From an uncultured delta proteobacterium (GTDB lineage Bacteria; Myxococcota_A; Polyangia; Fen-1088): DNA of 64,000 bases. The DNA lies in contig CAWCMR010000001.1 of assembly GCA_963796685.1 (NCBI GenBank), positions 1 through 64,000 of the forward strand. The letters run 5' to 3'. Of this stretch, positions 40,143 through 49,702 are shown in pieces. The notes beneath the pieces are model-generated. The model was not told the DNA's origin. It did no database searches and worked only from the letters and a program-made list of their open reading frames with translations. A program made the translations under genes and the position numbers. Each line of letters starts with the position of its first letter. Within the stretch, counting starts at the first letter, position 1.

Positions 40143-40841
40143 TCAGGATTTTCCGGGCCGGTAGCTGACCTTCTCGAGGACGTGAAGGCGCGCGATGCTG
40201 GTGAAGGTGATGGGGGCGCCCCGCTCGTCGAGCACGGTGAGCGAGATGCGGACCTGCGTGGGTAGGTACTGTTGCCCGTCGGCCGTGGTGGTGTCCCACT
40301 CCTCGCGCCAGTCTTTCTGTTTGTAGTCGTAGTAAGCGAATTTGAGGCGCGAGACGTTCGGACAGAGCATGTAGGTTTCGCCCGGGATGAGCTTCGGATC
40401 CTTGGCCTCGAGGCGCCGCGTCTCGCGACGCATGAGGTTGGTGATGGTCGAGTCGTCGGGGTCGGGCTCGGGGAAGTAGCTGACCAGCGCGGTGTCGCCC
40501 TCCGGCGCGTCCAGGCGCAGACGCTGGTGGCCAAACCACGAGAAGCGCAATTCGTCGAAGTCGCTGTGCGAGGTTCCCGAGAACATGGTGCGCCGGTCTT
40601 GCGTGCCCGAGGTCTCGTCGTCCATGAAGGCCAATTCAATCTCGCGGGTCATACGCATCAGCGCCACGCGCACGGTGTGGGTGCGATCCTGCTCCTGCTC
40701 GATGTGCTTTTTGACCTTCGCGGTCTGGGCGATGGTTCCCCACAAAAGCGAGGTCAAGAAGGCCATGAGCGCGAGCGCCAACATGACCTCGATGAGCGTG
40801 AAGCCGTGCTCTGTTGGTTTGGTGGAAGAACGCATGGTCAT
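40143..40841 (-). CDS. gspJ: Type II secretion system minor pseudopilin J
   Basis: G|FTLIEVMLALALMA, WREEWD, LPTQVRISL. Confidence 0.88.
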   Translation of the reverse strand: MTMRSSTKPTEHGFTLIEVMLALALMAFLTSLLWGTIAQTAKVKKHIEQEQDRTHTVRVALMRMTREIELAFMDDETSGTQDRRTMFSGTSHSDFDELRFSWFGHQRLRLDAPEGDTALVSYFPEPDPDDSTITNLMRRETRRLEAKDPKLIPGETYMLCPNVSRLKFAYYDYKQKDWREEWDTTTADGQQYLPTQVRISLTVLDERGAPITFTSIARLHVLEKVSYRPGKS

Positions 40842-41524
40842 GGCTTCGCCGCCGAGGTCGCGCTGACCGAGGAGGTCTTGACGCCGCCGCTCGTGCCGGT
40901 GCTCGTGCTCGTGCCGGTGGCCGTGCCCGTGGCGCCTGTCGCCGCCATCTGGACCGCCATTTCGAGCCGCGAGGGATCGGTCAAGAACGACACCACCTCG
41001 AAGGATTGTTCGCGCTTGCCGGCCTCGTTCCAACTGACCCTCACGGTGAGCTTGCGCACGGACTCTTGCAAACCGAGGCGAATCGGATCCATGAGCGTGG
41101 ACATGAACCCGCCCATGAAGCCGCTCAGCATCTCCATGGGATTGGTCGACTGGGTCGCCTTGGTGGACGCTTCCTGCACCTTCTGCGTGGAGTCCTCCGG
41201 CAGCTCGATGCGTTCGACGTTGGTGTACCAGCGGAAGCTCGGGAACCCTTCCTCGGCGAAGTCACCGTTGTCCTCACCGTCCATTTCGGAGAACCCGTAT
41301 TCGAGCAGGCTCTGCTCCATCATGGAGATGCGCGTGCGCGCCAGAAAGGTGGCGGCGGTGGTGAGGCGCGAGTGGTTGGCGGCGACGACATTGGTCGTCA
41401 CCACGCGCGACAGGATGACCAAGGACATGGCCAGGATGGCGAGCGACACCATGACCTCGAGCAGGGAAAAGCCCGCCTCGCACCCGCGCGATTCCCCGCG
41501 TGCGGCGATCGGCGCGCGCCTCAT
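40838..41524 (-). CDS. gspI: Type II secretion system minor pseudopilin I
   Basis: G|FSLLEVMVSLAILA, ATFLAR, RKLTVRVSW. Confidence 0.86.
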   Translation of the reverse strand: MRRAPIAARGESRGCEAGFSLLEVMVSLAILAMSLVILSRVVTTNVVAANHSRLTTAATFLARTRISMMEQSLLEYGFSEMDGEDNGDFAEEGFPSFRWYTNVERIELPEDSTQKVQEASTKATQSTNPMEMLSGFMGGFMSTLMDPIRLGLQESVRKLTVRVSWNEAGKREQSFEVVSFLTDPSRLEMAVQMAATGATGTATGTSTSTGTSGGVKTSSVSATSAAKP

Positions 41525-42243
41525 GGCGCAACCACCTTTCCCGAGTCGTCCACCTGCTCTTGGGTGTTGGCTTCGACGAACGAATTCTTCACGGTCACGC
41601 GGCCGGTGAGAGGGTGGACGATCAGCGTGTAGAAGGCGTCCTTGCCGTCCGAGAGATGGATGACGGCCGCCTCGGTCATGCCCATGGGGAAGAAGTAGAT
41701 GTACCCCTTGCCCTCGGACAGGGGCTTGAGCAGGCGCGGGGTGTAGAGGTCGGCCACGACCACACCGGACTTCAAGGTGATGGGTCTGACCGCCGTCTCG
41801 CGGAAGGCCTCGAACTTGGCCCGCTTGGGGATGAAGGGCTTGGGAAGGTACTTCGACGGGATTGAGGAGCCGAAGAACGATTCCTGCTCGGCCGCCCGGC
41901 GCTTGGATTCCTCCTCCTTGGCGATCTTTTCGGCCTCCTTCTTGCGGCTCTCTTCCGTTTCCTTGCCCGCACCGAAGACGAAGTTGTCGTCCGATTCCTC
42001 GGCCCAGTATTTGCCGTTGTCGAAATCGAGAACCAGCCGGTGTACGCGCCCGGTGGTCGAGGCGCGGTCGAAGAGGTAGCGGATGGTGCCCGCCATGCGC
42101 GCCGCCGTCGCGCGCAGATCGGTCTTGAACAGGCTACGCAGCCCCACCACGGTCATCACCGTGACGAGCGCGACGATGACCAGCACGATCATCACTTCGA
42201 TGAGCGTGAAGCCTCGCGCGGATGGTCTGCGTTGTCCGGCCAC
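41521..42243 (-). CDS. gspH: Type II secretion system minor pseudopilin H
   Basis: G|FTLIEVMIVLVIVAL, YFFPMG, VHPLTGRV. Confidence 0.86.
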   Translation of the reverse strand: MAGQRRPSARGFTLIEVMIVLVIVALVTVMTVVGLRSLFKTDLRATAARMAGTIRYLFDRASTTGRVHRLVLDFDNGKYWAEESDDNFVFGAGKETEESRKKEAEKIAKEEESKRRAAEQESFFGSSIPSKYLPKPFIPKRAKFEAFRETAVRPITLKSGVVVADLYTPRLLKPLSEGKGYIYFFPMGMTEAAVIHLSDGKDAFYTLIVHPLTGRVTVKNSFVEANTQEQVDDSGKVVAP

Positions 42244-42255
42244 GTTCCCCTCTGG

Positions 42256-42678
42256 CTACTGCTCGACGGCCGTGATGTCGTCGTCCGTGCCTTCCTTGCC
42301 GTCCGGCCCCACCGACACCACGTCGATACCGTCGACATTGACCGTGCCCGGGCAGCGCAGGATGAAGTCGTGGTTCCAGGGGTCCTTCTGCTTCTTCGGC
42401 ATGTACTTCTGCGCCACCAGGTCGTCGACGGTCTTGGGGCACTCGTTGTTGTTGTCGGTCATGTACTGCACGGTCTTCTGCGCAATTTCATTGACCGCCA
42501 CCTGGGCAATCCTCTTCTGGGCCTTTTTGTACGAGGAATAGACGCCCACCCCGACGACCGACATGACGAGGCCGATGATGGCGAGCACGATCATGATTTC
42601 CAACATGGTCATGCCGGCGTCCCCGGCCCGCCTTGCCCGGCGGGCAACCTGCGTGTGGTGATAGTTCGCTGCTTTCAT
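42256..42678 (-). CDS. gspG: Type II secretion system major pseudopilin G
   Basis: G|MTMLEIMIVLAIIGL, KDPWNH and the SVGPDGKEGTDDDI Ca-binding loop. Confidence 0.9.
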   Translation of the reverse strand: MKAANYHHTQVARRARRAGDAGMTMLEIMIVLAIIGLVMSVVGVGVYSSYKKAQKRIAQVAVNEIAQKTVQYMTDNNNECPKTVDDLVAQKYMPKKQKDPWNHDFILRCPGTVNVDGIDVVSVGPDGKEGTDDDITAVEQ

Positions 42679-42703
42679 TGGGGTTCTCCTTTGTCTGTCC
42701 GTC

Positions 42704-43966
42704 CTATTGAACCATCTGGCCCATCTCGATGATGGGCATGAGAATCGAGAAAACGATGAAGCCCACGCCGACCGCCATGACGACGATCATGATGGGGGCG
42801 AGGATCGACGTCAGCTTGTTCACCTCGGTGGAGACGTCGCGCTCGTAGGCGCCGGCGACGTTTTCCAGCATGGCTTCGAGCTGGCCCGAACGCTCGCCCA
42901 CGGCGACCATGTGACACATCATGGAAGGAAACTCGCCCGACTTCTTGAGCGTGACGGCGATGGATTCGCCCTCGCGAATGGCCACGCGCGCGTCCTCGAC
43001 GACCTTCTCCAGCACGGTGTTGTTGAGCACGCGCTTGACGATGTCGAGCGCGGTCAGCACGGGCACGCCCGAGGCCAACATGGTGGCCAAGGTGCGCGAA
43101 AAGCGCGCCACAGCGATGAAGCGGACCAGCTTGCCGACCAGCCACAAACGCAATTTGAGGCGATCGACGAAGGCGCGGCCCTTGGGCCTGCGTACCCAGC
43201 GGCGCACGAGAAGCGCCGTCAGCACCAGGACCGGCAACACCACCCACCAGTAGCCGCCCGCGATGGCGGCGATGAACACCAACAACTGGGTGTTCCAGGG
43301 CAGCGCCTTGCCCGAATCGGCGAAGATGCCCGCGATGGGGGGAACCACGACCGTCATCAGGAAGCCGAGCACCAGGCTGCCCACGATGGTCATCAGGATG
43401 GGGTAGGCCATGGCGCTCGACACCTTGGAGCGCAGCTCGATCTGCGCGTCGAGAAAATCCGCCAGGCGCGCCAGCACGGCATCGAGGTTGCCCGCGGTTT
43501 CGCCCGAGCGAACCATGTTGGTATAGAGCTCGGGAAAGACCTTGGGGTGCAGGGTCATGGCGTCCGCGAACGAGCCGCCCTCGTTCACCTTCTGCCGGAT
43601 GCCGGCCAGGATCATCTGGAGCTTCTTGTTGTCCGACTGTTCCGAGAGCGCGCCCATGGCCTCGGCCAGGGGAATTCCCGCGTGCAGAAGGGTCGCCATC
43701 TGGCGCGTGAACACGGACACATCGCGGGGTTTCACCCGTTCGAAGATGCCCTTGAAGTCGACCTCGCGGCGCAGCCCCGAGGCGCCGCTGCCGCCGGCCG
43801 AAAGCGCCTGCCTGTTCTGCTTGCCCCCCACCACCTCGCGCACCTCGCTGATGAAGATGCCCTCCTTGCGCAGGGTTTGGCGCAACGCCTTGGGCCCGTC
43901 GGAGTCGCGCGTCCCGGTGGCCGGCTTGCCGGCGGCGTTGAGTCCTTTCCATGCGTAGACCGGCAT
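42704..43966 (-). CDS. gspF: Type II secretion system inner membrane protein F
   Basis: MPVYAWKG, FTRQMATLLHAGIPL, GETAGNL, YPI, GERSGQL. Confidence 0.95.
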   Translation of the reverse strand: MPVYAWKGLNAAGKPATGTRDSDGPKALRQTLRKEGIFISEVREVVGGKQNRQALSAGGSGASGLRREVDFKGIFERVKPRDVSVFTRQMATLLHAGIPLAEAMGALSEQSDNKKLQMILAGIRQKVNEGGSFADAMTLHPKVFPELYTNMVRSGETAGNLDAVLARLADFLDAQIELRSKVSSAMAYPILMTIVGSLVLGFLMTVVVPPIAGIFADSGKALPWNTQLLVFIAAIAGGYWWVVLPVLVLTALLVRRWVRRPKGRAFVDRLKLRLWLVGKLVRFIAVARFSRTLATMLASGVPVLTALDIVKRVLNNTVLEKVVEDARVAIREGESIAVTLKKSGEFPSMMCHMVAVGERSGQLEAMLENVAGAYERDVSTEVNKLTSILAPIMIVVMAVGVGFIVFSILMPIIEMGQMVQ

Positions 43967-43976
43967 CGCCTATCCC

Positions 43977-45725
43977 CTACTCGCTGTCTCCGGTGGTGAT
44001 CATCATGACCTCCGCGGCGCTGGTCATGCCGGCCAGGACCTTCTGCGCCCCATCCTCGCGCAAGGTGCGCATGCCCGCCTCCACGGCGGCGCGCTTGATG
44101 GTGCCCGCGTCCGCGTTCTTGATGGCCAGCTGCCGGATACGGTCGTCGATCATGAGCAATTCGTAGATGGCGGTCCGCCCCTTGTAACCCGCGTTGAGGC
44201 ACGCATTGCAACCGCCTTCGCGCGCCCGATAGAGCATGCCTGGCGGCGGAGGATCGCCCGCGCCCTTGAAGAAGATGTGGCGAATGCCGTTGGCGAAGAA
44301 CGCGGCCGGATCGAGGCCCAGGCTGGCAATGTCGACCTCGGTGGGACGATAGGTTTCGCGGCACTCGCGGCACAGGCGCCGCACCAGGCGCTGGGCCAAG
44401 AGAGCCATCAGCGACGAGGCCACGAGGAACGGTTGGACCCCGAGATCCACGAGGCGCGTGATGGCGCCGGCGGCATCGTTGGTGTGGATGGTGGAAAGCA
44501 CCAGGTGTCCGGTGAGCGAGGCCTGAATGGCGATTTCCGAGGTGGGCAGATCGCGGATTTCGCCGACCATGATGACGTCGGGATCGTGGCGCAAGAACGA
44601 ACGCAAGCCGGTGGCGAAGGTGAGATCGATCTTCTCGTTGACCGCCACTTGCGAAATTCCGTCGAGCTGGTACTCGACCGGATCCTCGATGGTCAGGATG
44701 TTGAGGTCGGGCGAATTGATCTTGGCCAGGCACGCGTAGAGCGTCGTCGTCTTGCCCGAGCCGGTGGGCCCGGTGACGAGCAGAATGCCGTGCGGCCGGG
44801 TGATGAGATCGTTCATTTGCGTGAGGTGGTCTTCGCCGAAGCCGATATCGGCCAGATCGTGAAGCACGGTCTCGCGGTCGAGCAGACGGATGGTGATGCG
44901 CTCGCCGCCCTTGACCGTGGGCGCGGTGGCGACGCGCATGTCGATGTCCTTGCCGGCGATCTTGCGCCGGATGCGGCCGTCCTGCGGCAGGCGCTTCTCG
45001 GCGATGTTGAGACCGGCCATGATCTTCACGCGCGAGATGATGGACGGAACGAACTGGCGGGCCGCCCGCCGCGTCTCGTAGAGAACGCCGTCGATGCGGT
45101 AGCGGACGATGACGTCCTTTTCGCCGGGCTCGATATGAATATCGCTGGCGCGCTCCTTGACCGCGTTGAACATGAGGGCGTTGACCCAGCGGATGATGGG
45201 CGCCTCGTCGTTGACGTCGAGGATGTCCACCAACTCTTCGGCCTTGCCCATGTCGTCTTCGTTTTCGCCCTCGCCCAGGTTGCCGGCGTCCTGCTTGCGG
45301 CCGTACACATGGTTGACGGCCTCCAGCAGCTTGGCCGAGGGAAAGAGCACGGGCTGGACCTCGGTGGCCAGCATGCTGCGCACGTCGTCGAGCGCGCCGA
45401 TGTCGAGGGCATCGGCCATGGCCACCAGCACCACGTCCCCTTCCCGTCGCAGCGGCATCACCCGGTGCTGCTTGGCGAAGCCGATCGGCACCTTGGCGGC
45501 GAGCTCGCCATCCATGTCGGCCACGGGAAAATCGGCCAGGAAGGGAATCCCCAGCTGTACGCCCAGGGCCTTGAGCACGTCTTCCTCGTTGCAGGCATGG
45601 GCCTTTTGCAAGAGCTCGCCCACGAGCCCGCCCTCGCTCTGCTGCTGGGCTAGCGCCTGCTCGACCGCCGCGGGCTTGACCGCGCCGGCGGCGACCAGGA
45701 TTTCACCGATACGTTTGCGTGCCAC
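43977..45725 (-). CDS. gspE: Type II secretion system ATPase E
   Basis: ASDIHIEP, RLPQDGR, Walker A GPTGSGKTTTLY, EDPVEY, LRHDPDVIMVGEIRD and the tetra-Cys motif. Confidence 0.96.
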   Translation of the reverse strand: MARKRIGEILVAAGAVKPAAVEQALAQQQSEGGLVGELLQKAHACNEEDVLKALGVQLGIPFLADFPVADMDGELAAKVPIGFAKQHRVMPLRREGDVVLVAMADALDIGALDDVRSMLATEVQPVLFPSAKLLEAVNHVYGRKQDAGNLGEGENEDDMGKAEELVDILDVNDEAPIIRWVNALMFNAVKERASDIHIEPGEKDVIVRYRIDGVLYETRRAARQFVPSIISRVKIMAGLNIAEKRLPQDGRIRRKIAGKDIDMRVATAPTVKGGERITIRLLDRETVLHDLADIGFGEDHLTQMNDLITRPHGILLVTGPTGSGKTTTLYACLAKINSPDLNILTIEDPVEYQLDGISQVAVNEKIDLTFATGLRSFLRHDPDVIMVGEIRDLPTSEIAIQASLTGHLVLSTIHTNDAAGAITRLVDLGVQPFLVASSLMALLAQRLVRRLCRECRETYRPTEVDIASLGLDPAAFFANGIRHIFFKGAGDPPPPGMLYRAREGGCNACLNAGYKGRTAIYELLMIDDRIRQLAIKNADAGTIKRAAVEAGMRTLREDGAQKVLAGMTSAAEVMMITTGDSE

Positions 45726-45731
45726 GGCTGC

Positions 45732-48356
45732 CTACTCGTCCGACTTCGGCGGGGCCGATTCGCCGTCGGGCGCCGCCGACATGGGCTTGGGGGAAACGTC
45801 CTCGATGCTCGGGCCCTCGGCCGAGGGCTTGCGCGGACTTGCACCGTCCTTGTTGCTGTCCGGCGGGGGATTCCGTTCTGGCTCGATGGGCGTGGACTCG
45901 TCGCGCTGGTCCCGCTCTTGAATGGCCCGAAGCTGCCGCTCGTCCTCCTCCATCTCGCGCACGCTGCGGTTGATCTCCTCGAGCATGCCGCGCTTGCGAT
46001 GGGTGTCGATCTCCGTCTGGTCCAGCTTCGAGGTGTCTTCCAGCGAGCTGTAGCGCTCGATGAACTCACGCCGTTCGCGCAACTTCTTCTCCGCCACCCG
46101 ACGCAGGTCGGAGAGATCCGACACCACGTAGGGCGTGATGGCGATGATGATGTTGGACTTCTTCACGGTCTTGGTCGTGTTGCGGAAGAAGAAGCCGATG
46201 ACGGGAATGTCGCCCAGGATGGGGATCTTGGTCACGTTCTCGGAGACTCGGTCGGCCATGAGGCCGCCGATCACGACGGTTTGTTGATCGCGCGCGACCA
46301 CGGTGGTCTTGATCGACCGCTTGGAGGTGGCCGGCCCCATCCCGTTGTAGTTCTGAGACTCGACGTCCGAAATTTCCTGATCCACGTCCAGGCGAATGAT
46401 GTCGTGCTCGTTCACGCTGGGGGTCAGCTTGAGCTTGAGCTCGACGGGCTGGCGCTGCACCGAGGTGAAGGGCATGAAGCTGGCGCCGCCGGTGGCCGTG
46501 GCCCCCATGGCCGCCGTGGTCGTTCCCGGGAAGGGCAGCACCTCGCCGACCGAGATCTCGCCTTCCTGGTTGTTCATGATCAAGATATGGGGATTGGACA
46601 GGATATTGACGTCGTTGTTGGTCTGCAGGAGCTGCAGGAACACGCCGAACGACGGGATGTTGATGGGCAGGCCCTTGAACAAGGTGCTGTTGCCGAGGTC
46701 GCCCGTGGTGGGGCCGAACAAGGCGGCGCTGAGCCCGCCCAGGTTGTTGACCAGGGCGGTCGGGTTCATGGTGTTGTTGGCGTTGAAGCCGCCCATGAGC
46801 AGCGACTGTTGTCCCGCCACGGTTTCGCCCGTACCGGCATGGTAGGAAACGCCCACGGTGCGGGTCTTGTCGAGCAGGACCTCCATGATGGTGGCGTCGA
46901 TGAAGATCTGCTTGCGCGGAGAGTCTAGCTGCTCGATGACCTTGCGCAGCGACTGGTAGTCCTTGAAGGTGGACATGATGAGCAGCGAATTGGTGGGCGC
47001 GTCGAAGGAAATACGGATGTCGCTCTCGAAAAGCAGGGAGGCGGGGTTGACCTGGCCGGGGGCAACCGCCGGAGCCGACGGGGCGGCGGACTTCCCGCCA
47101 CGGCGACCGGTCGCGAGGGAGCCGGAGATCTGGACCCCGGTGATGGCGCTGAGCGTGGCCGCCAATTCGTCGCAGTTGGCGTTCGCGCAGTAATAGACAT
47201 GGAATCGCCCCTCGCTGCCGCGGCCGGCCTCTTCCAGCGGCACATCGAGCTTGTGCACCAGGGCCACCAGCCAATCGTGCGCGGGCTTGTTGGCCACCAC
47301 GATGAGGCTGTTGGTTCGCTCGTCCGGGATCAACTTGCTCATGGTCATCTCGGTGAGCAACTCTCCCGACGGACCCGGCGCAACCTTGGGCTGGGGCGGG
47401 GCCGAGCCACCACCCGGACGGCGCTGCCCGGTACCGACGAAATGCACTGGCATGATCTCGGCGATGCGAGAAGCCATGTCCTGCACCGACATGTTCTTCA
47501 CGCGGATAACCCAGATCTGGTCGCGCACCCCGAGGGGTTCGTCGAACTGCTTGATGATCTTGACCATGCGGTCGATGCTCTCCGACTGGTCGGTGATGAT
47601 GAGCGAGTTCCTGTAGGCAATGATGTCGCCGGTCTCGGACTTGATCCGGTTGAGCACGTTGTTGGTCAGATCGAGGGCGTCGAGGTAGGTCAGGCGCACC
47701 AGCTTGGTGACGAAACGGCGATAACCGGGCATGCGCTGGCCGGGCTCCACCAGGGACAGCGGTGCGAAGCGCGCCTTGGAGTTCTCGATCACGCGCAGGA
47801 ACTTGCCCGTGGGCTCGACGGTGAGGCCCACCGAATCCAGGGCCGCAAAGAACAAACGGTACGCCTCCTCGGGCGTGATGAGCTGGGGCGAGACGATGGT
47901 CAGCTTCTTGCCCTGCAGCGGAACCGCGACGATGAACTGCGCGCAGGTGATGCTGGAGATCCAGCCGATGAGATCCATCACCTCGGTATCGGGCTTCAGA
48001 TTGAGACGAACGATGCGTTTGCCGGCGGGCAGCTTCTTGCAGGAATTGAACTCCTTTTCGCCCGGGATCTCCACGATGCCGGCAGCAGAGGCTGGTTCCC
48101 CGGGCCCTGTGGGGGCAGCCTTGACGGCGGGGCCGGACCTGGCCGGGGCCGGCGGCGGGGCCGGCGGCTTGACCGCGGTCGGCTGTTGCAGCCTGGCCGC
48201 ACGCAAGGCGCCGAACGGGCCAGCTCTTCTCGCGGCTGGCCGCGTGCCGGGTGCCGGTGGCACAGGTGGAACCGGGGTCTGAGCCAGCGCGAGGGATCCC
48301 TCGGCCAGCGAGACCACCAGGTACGAAACCATAGCTGTTGAAAGAAGGCTCTTCAT
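45732..48356 (-). CDS. gspD: Type II secretion system secretin D
   Basis: Signal peptide from ATG 48356, N-domains (DERTNSLIV, DAPTNSLL) and secretin motifs QLDSPRKQ and KIPILGDIPVIGFFFR. Confidence 0.95.
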   Translation of the reverse strand: MKSLLSTAMVSYLVVSLAEGSLALAQTPVPPVPPAPGTRPAARRAGPFGALRAARLQQPTAVKPPAPPPAPARSGPAVKAAPTGPGEPASAAGIVEIPGEKEFNSCKKLPAGKRIVRLNLKPDTEVMDLIGWISSITCAQFIVAVPLQGKKLTIVSPQLITPEEAYRLFFAALDSVGLTVEPTGKFLRVIENSKARFAPLSLVEPGQRMPGYRRFVTKLVRLTYLDALDLTNNVLNRIKSETGDIIAYRNSLIITDQSESIDRMVKIIKQFDEPLGVRDQIWVIRVKNMSVQDMASRIAEIMPVHFVGTGQRRPGGGSAPPQPKVAPGPSGELLTEMTMSKLIPDERTNSLIVVANKPAHDWLVALVHKLDVPLEEAGRGSEGRFHVYYCANANCDELAATLSAITGVQISGSLATGRRGGKSAAPSAPAVAPGQVNPASLLFESDIRISFDAPTNSLLIMSTFKDYQSLRKVIEQLDSPRKQIFIDATIMEVLLDKTRTVGVSYHAGTGETVAGQQSLLMGGFNANNTMNPTALVNNLGGLSAALFGPTTGDLGNSTLFKGLPINIPSFGVFLQLLQTNNDVNILSNPHILIMNNQEGEISVGEVLPFPGTTTAAMGATATGGASFMPFTSVQRQPVELKLKLTPSVNEHDIIRLDVDQEISDVESQNYNGMGPATSKRSIKTTVVARDQQTVVIGGLMADRVSENVTKIPILGDIPVIGFFFRNTTKTVKKSNIIIAITPYVVSDLSDLRRVAEKKLRERREFIERYSSLEDTSKLDQTEIDTHRKRGMLEEINRSVREMEEDERQLRAIQERDQRDESTPIEPERNPPPDSNKDGASPRKPSAEGPSIEDVSPKPMSAAPDGESAPPKSDE

Positions 48357-49279
48357 CGGATGTTGTATTCCTTCGTGACTTTCTGGCCGTTGCGCTCCAT
48401 GCCCAGGGAGAGATGGCTGGCGGATTTGAGCTTGGCGTAGACTTCCAGGGCCTTTTCCGGACTCGTGATTTCGAGCCCATTGATCGAGGAAATGATGTCG
48501 CCGTTCTGCATGCCGATCATGGCGAAAGGGCCGTCGGGCCGGACCGCGAACAAGCGGAACCCGGCGGCCTTGCCGTCCTTCATTTCGGGCACGATGCGCG
48601 CCGAGCGCGACAGCAACGCCATGTTGCCCAGCACGGATTCGAGCGTGCTGCGTTGAAGCTCGTACTTGTGCTCGCTGAGCTTCTTGATACCGTTGGCAAG
48701 ATCCTTGGCGAGTGCGTCGTCCTTGTTCGGAACCGGGTTGGCGGCCGCCACCGCTTGCGGCGGTGGCGCGGGCTCTTCGAACAGATCGATGTATTCCGGT
48801 TTCCCCGCGTTGTCGAGGTAAACGCGGGTTTCCAGGATGCCGGTGACCGTGGCGCCGTGAATCTTGCCGCCGACCGGGTAGGCACCCATGATCTTGGCCT
48901 CGGTGTCGCGCAAAACTGCGATGGACCACTTGATACCGTTCGGCGGTGGTGCGTACATGATGGCCAGAAGAGCCAGCGGCAACGTTGTCTTGGTGTCCTG
49001 CTCCGGCGGATTTTCCGGGTTGTCGGGTGCGTCCTCGTCGAAGATGGGCGGGCAGGTCGAACAGAACATGTTCCGCTTGAGGACAGCGGTGGGATCCTTG
49101 TTGAAGGCCGGCTTGCTGTCCGATTTGTGTGGCTTGGCCGGCGCGACGCGAGGAGGCACCGAACTACTGGCAAGCTTCGATTCCACGGCGCCGGACGCCG
49201 CCATGCCCAGAAACATCGCGCACAAAGCGACAACAGCCAGGTCGATGGCCCAAAGATATTTTCGCAGCAGGGTTTCCAC
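48353..49279 (-). CDS. gspC: Type II secretion system protein C with a PDZ domain
   Basis: N-terminal TM, RNMF, ARIVP...GFRLFAVRP...GMQNGDIISSING PDZ region. Confidence 0.92.
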   Translation of the reverse strand: METLLRKYLWAIDLAVVALCAMFLGMAASGAVESKLASSSVPPRVAPAKPHKSDSKPAFNKDPTAVLKRNMFCSTCPPIFDEDAPDNPENPPEQDTKTTLPLALLAIMYAPPPNGIKWSIAVLRDTEAKIMGAYPVGGKIHGATVTGILETRVYLDNAGKPEYIDLFEEPAPPPQAVAAANPVPNKDDALAKDLANGIKKLSEHKYELQRSTLESVLGNMALLSRSARIVPEMKDGKAAGFRLFAVRPDGPFAMIGMQNGDIISSINGLEITSPEKALEVYAKLKSASHLSLGMERNGQKVTKEYNIR

Positions 49280-49296
49280 GGTCTGCTCTTCGCAAG

Positions 49297-49312
49297 AGCA
49301 ACACCGGGGCCA
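49297..49312 (-). promoter_or_regulatory. Putative sigma54 promoter of the gsp operon
   Basis: Minus strand TGGCCCC-GGTG-TTGCT with correct -24/-12 spacing, 17 nt before the gspC GTG. Confidence 0.6.
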
Positions 49313-49533
49313 GATCGACCTGGCGTCAAACTTAATAGTTTCAACGGCTTATAAACGCAGAAGCCGTGAAGCTCCTGCCAATTTGGCAAGGAGAGAGGGC
49401 AGAGGGGGAAGAGGGCGCAGAGGGCGGAGCAAGTCAGGGGAATGGGTCAACGAGACGAGAGTCCCTTCAGAGAGCACCGAACGGTTCGAATGCTGTGCAG
49501 AATGGAGAGCATGCGAGGCACTCGGAAGATTCA

Positions 49534-49632
49534 CCTCGCCCCGCGAAGCGCGTCGGGTGACGGTTGGGCCCATGCGAGAGAGTGCGCTGGCCCCTCACCC
49601 TAGCCCTCTCCCCGCTGCGCGGGGCGAGGGGA
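49534..49632. repeat. REP-like palindromic element (CCCCTCACCCTAGCCCTCTCCCC...GGGGCGAGGGG) with an upstream inverted partner
   Basis: Hairpin at 49591-49632; 49534-49550 is a 17-bp inverted repeat (1 mismatch) of 49613-49629. Confidence 0.7.
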
Positions 49633-49702
49633 TTGGAGCGCGCACGTTCGGTGCCCGGGGGGTCGCGCCCCAGGGTTGGGCCCCCCCTCCCCAGGGTTGG
49701 GC

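Noticed and set aside
49470-49510. GGTTCGAAT, resembling a tRNA T-loop
   Set aside because: No T-stem, acceptor stem or cloverleaf can be built around it.
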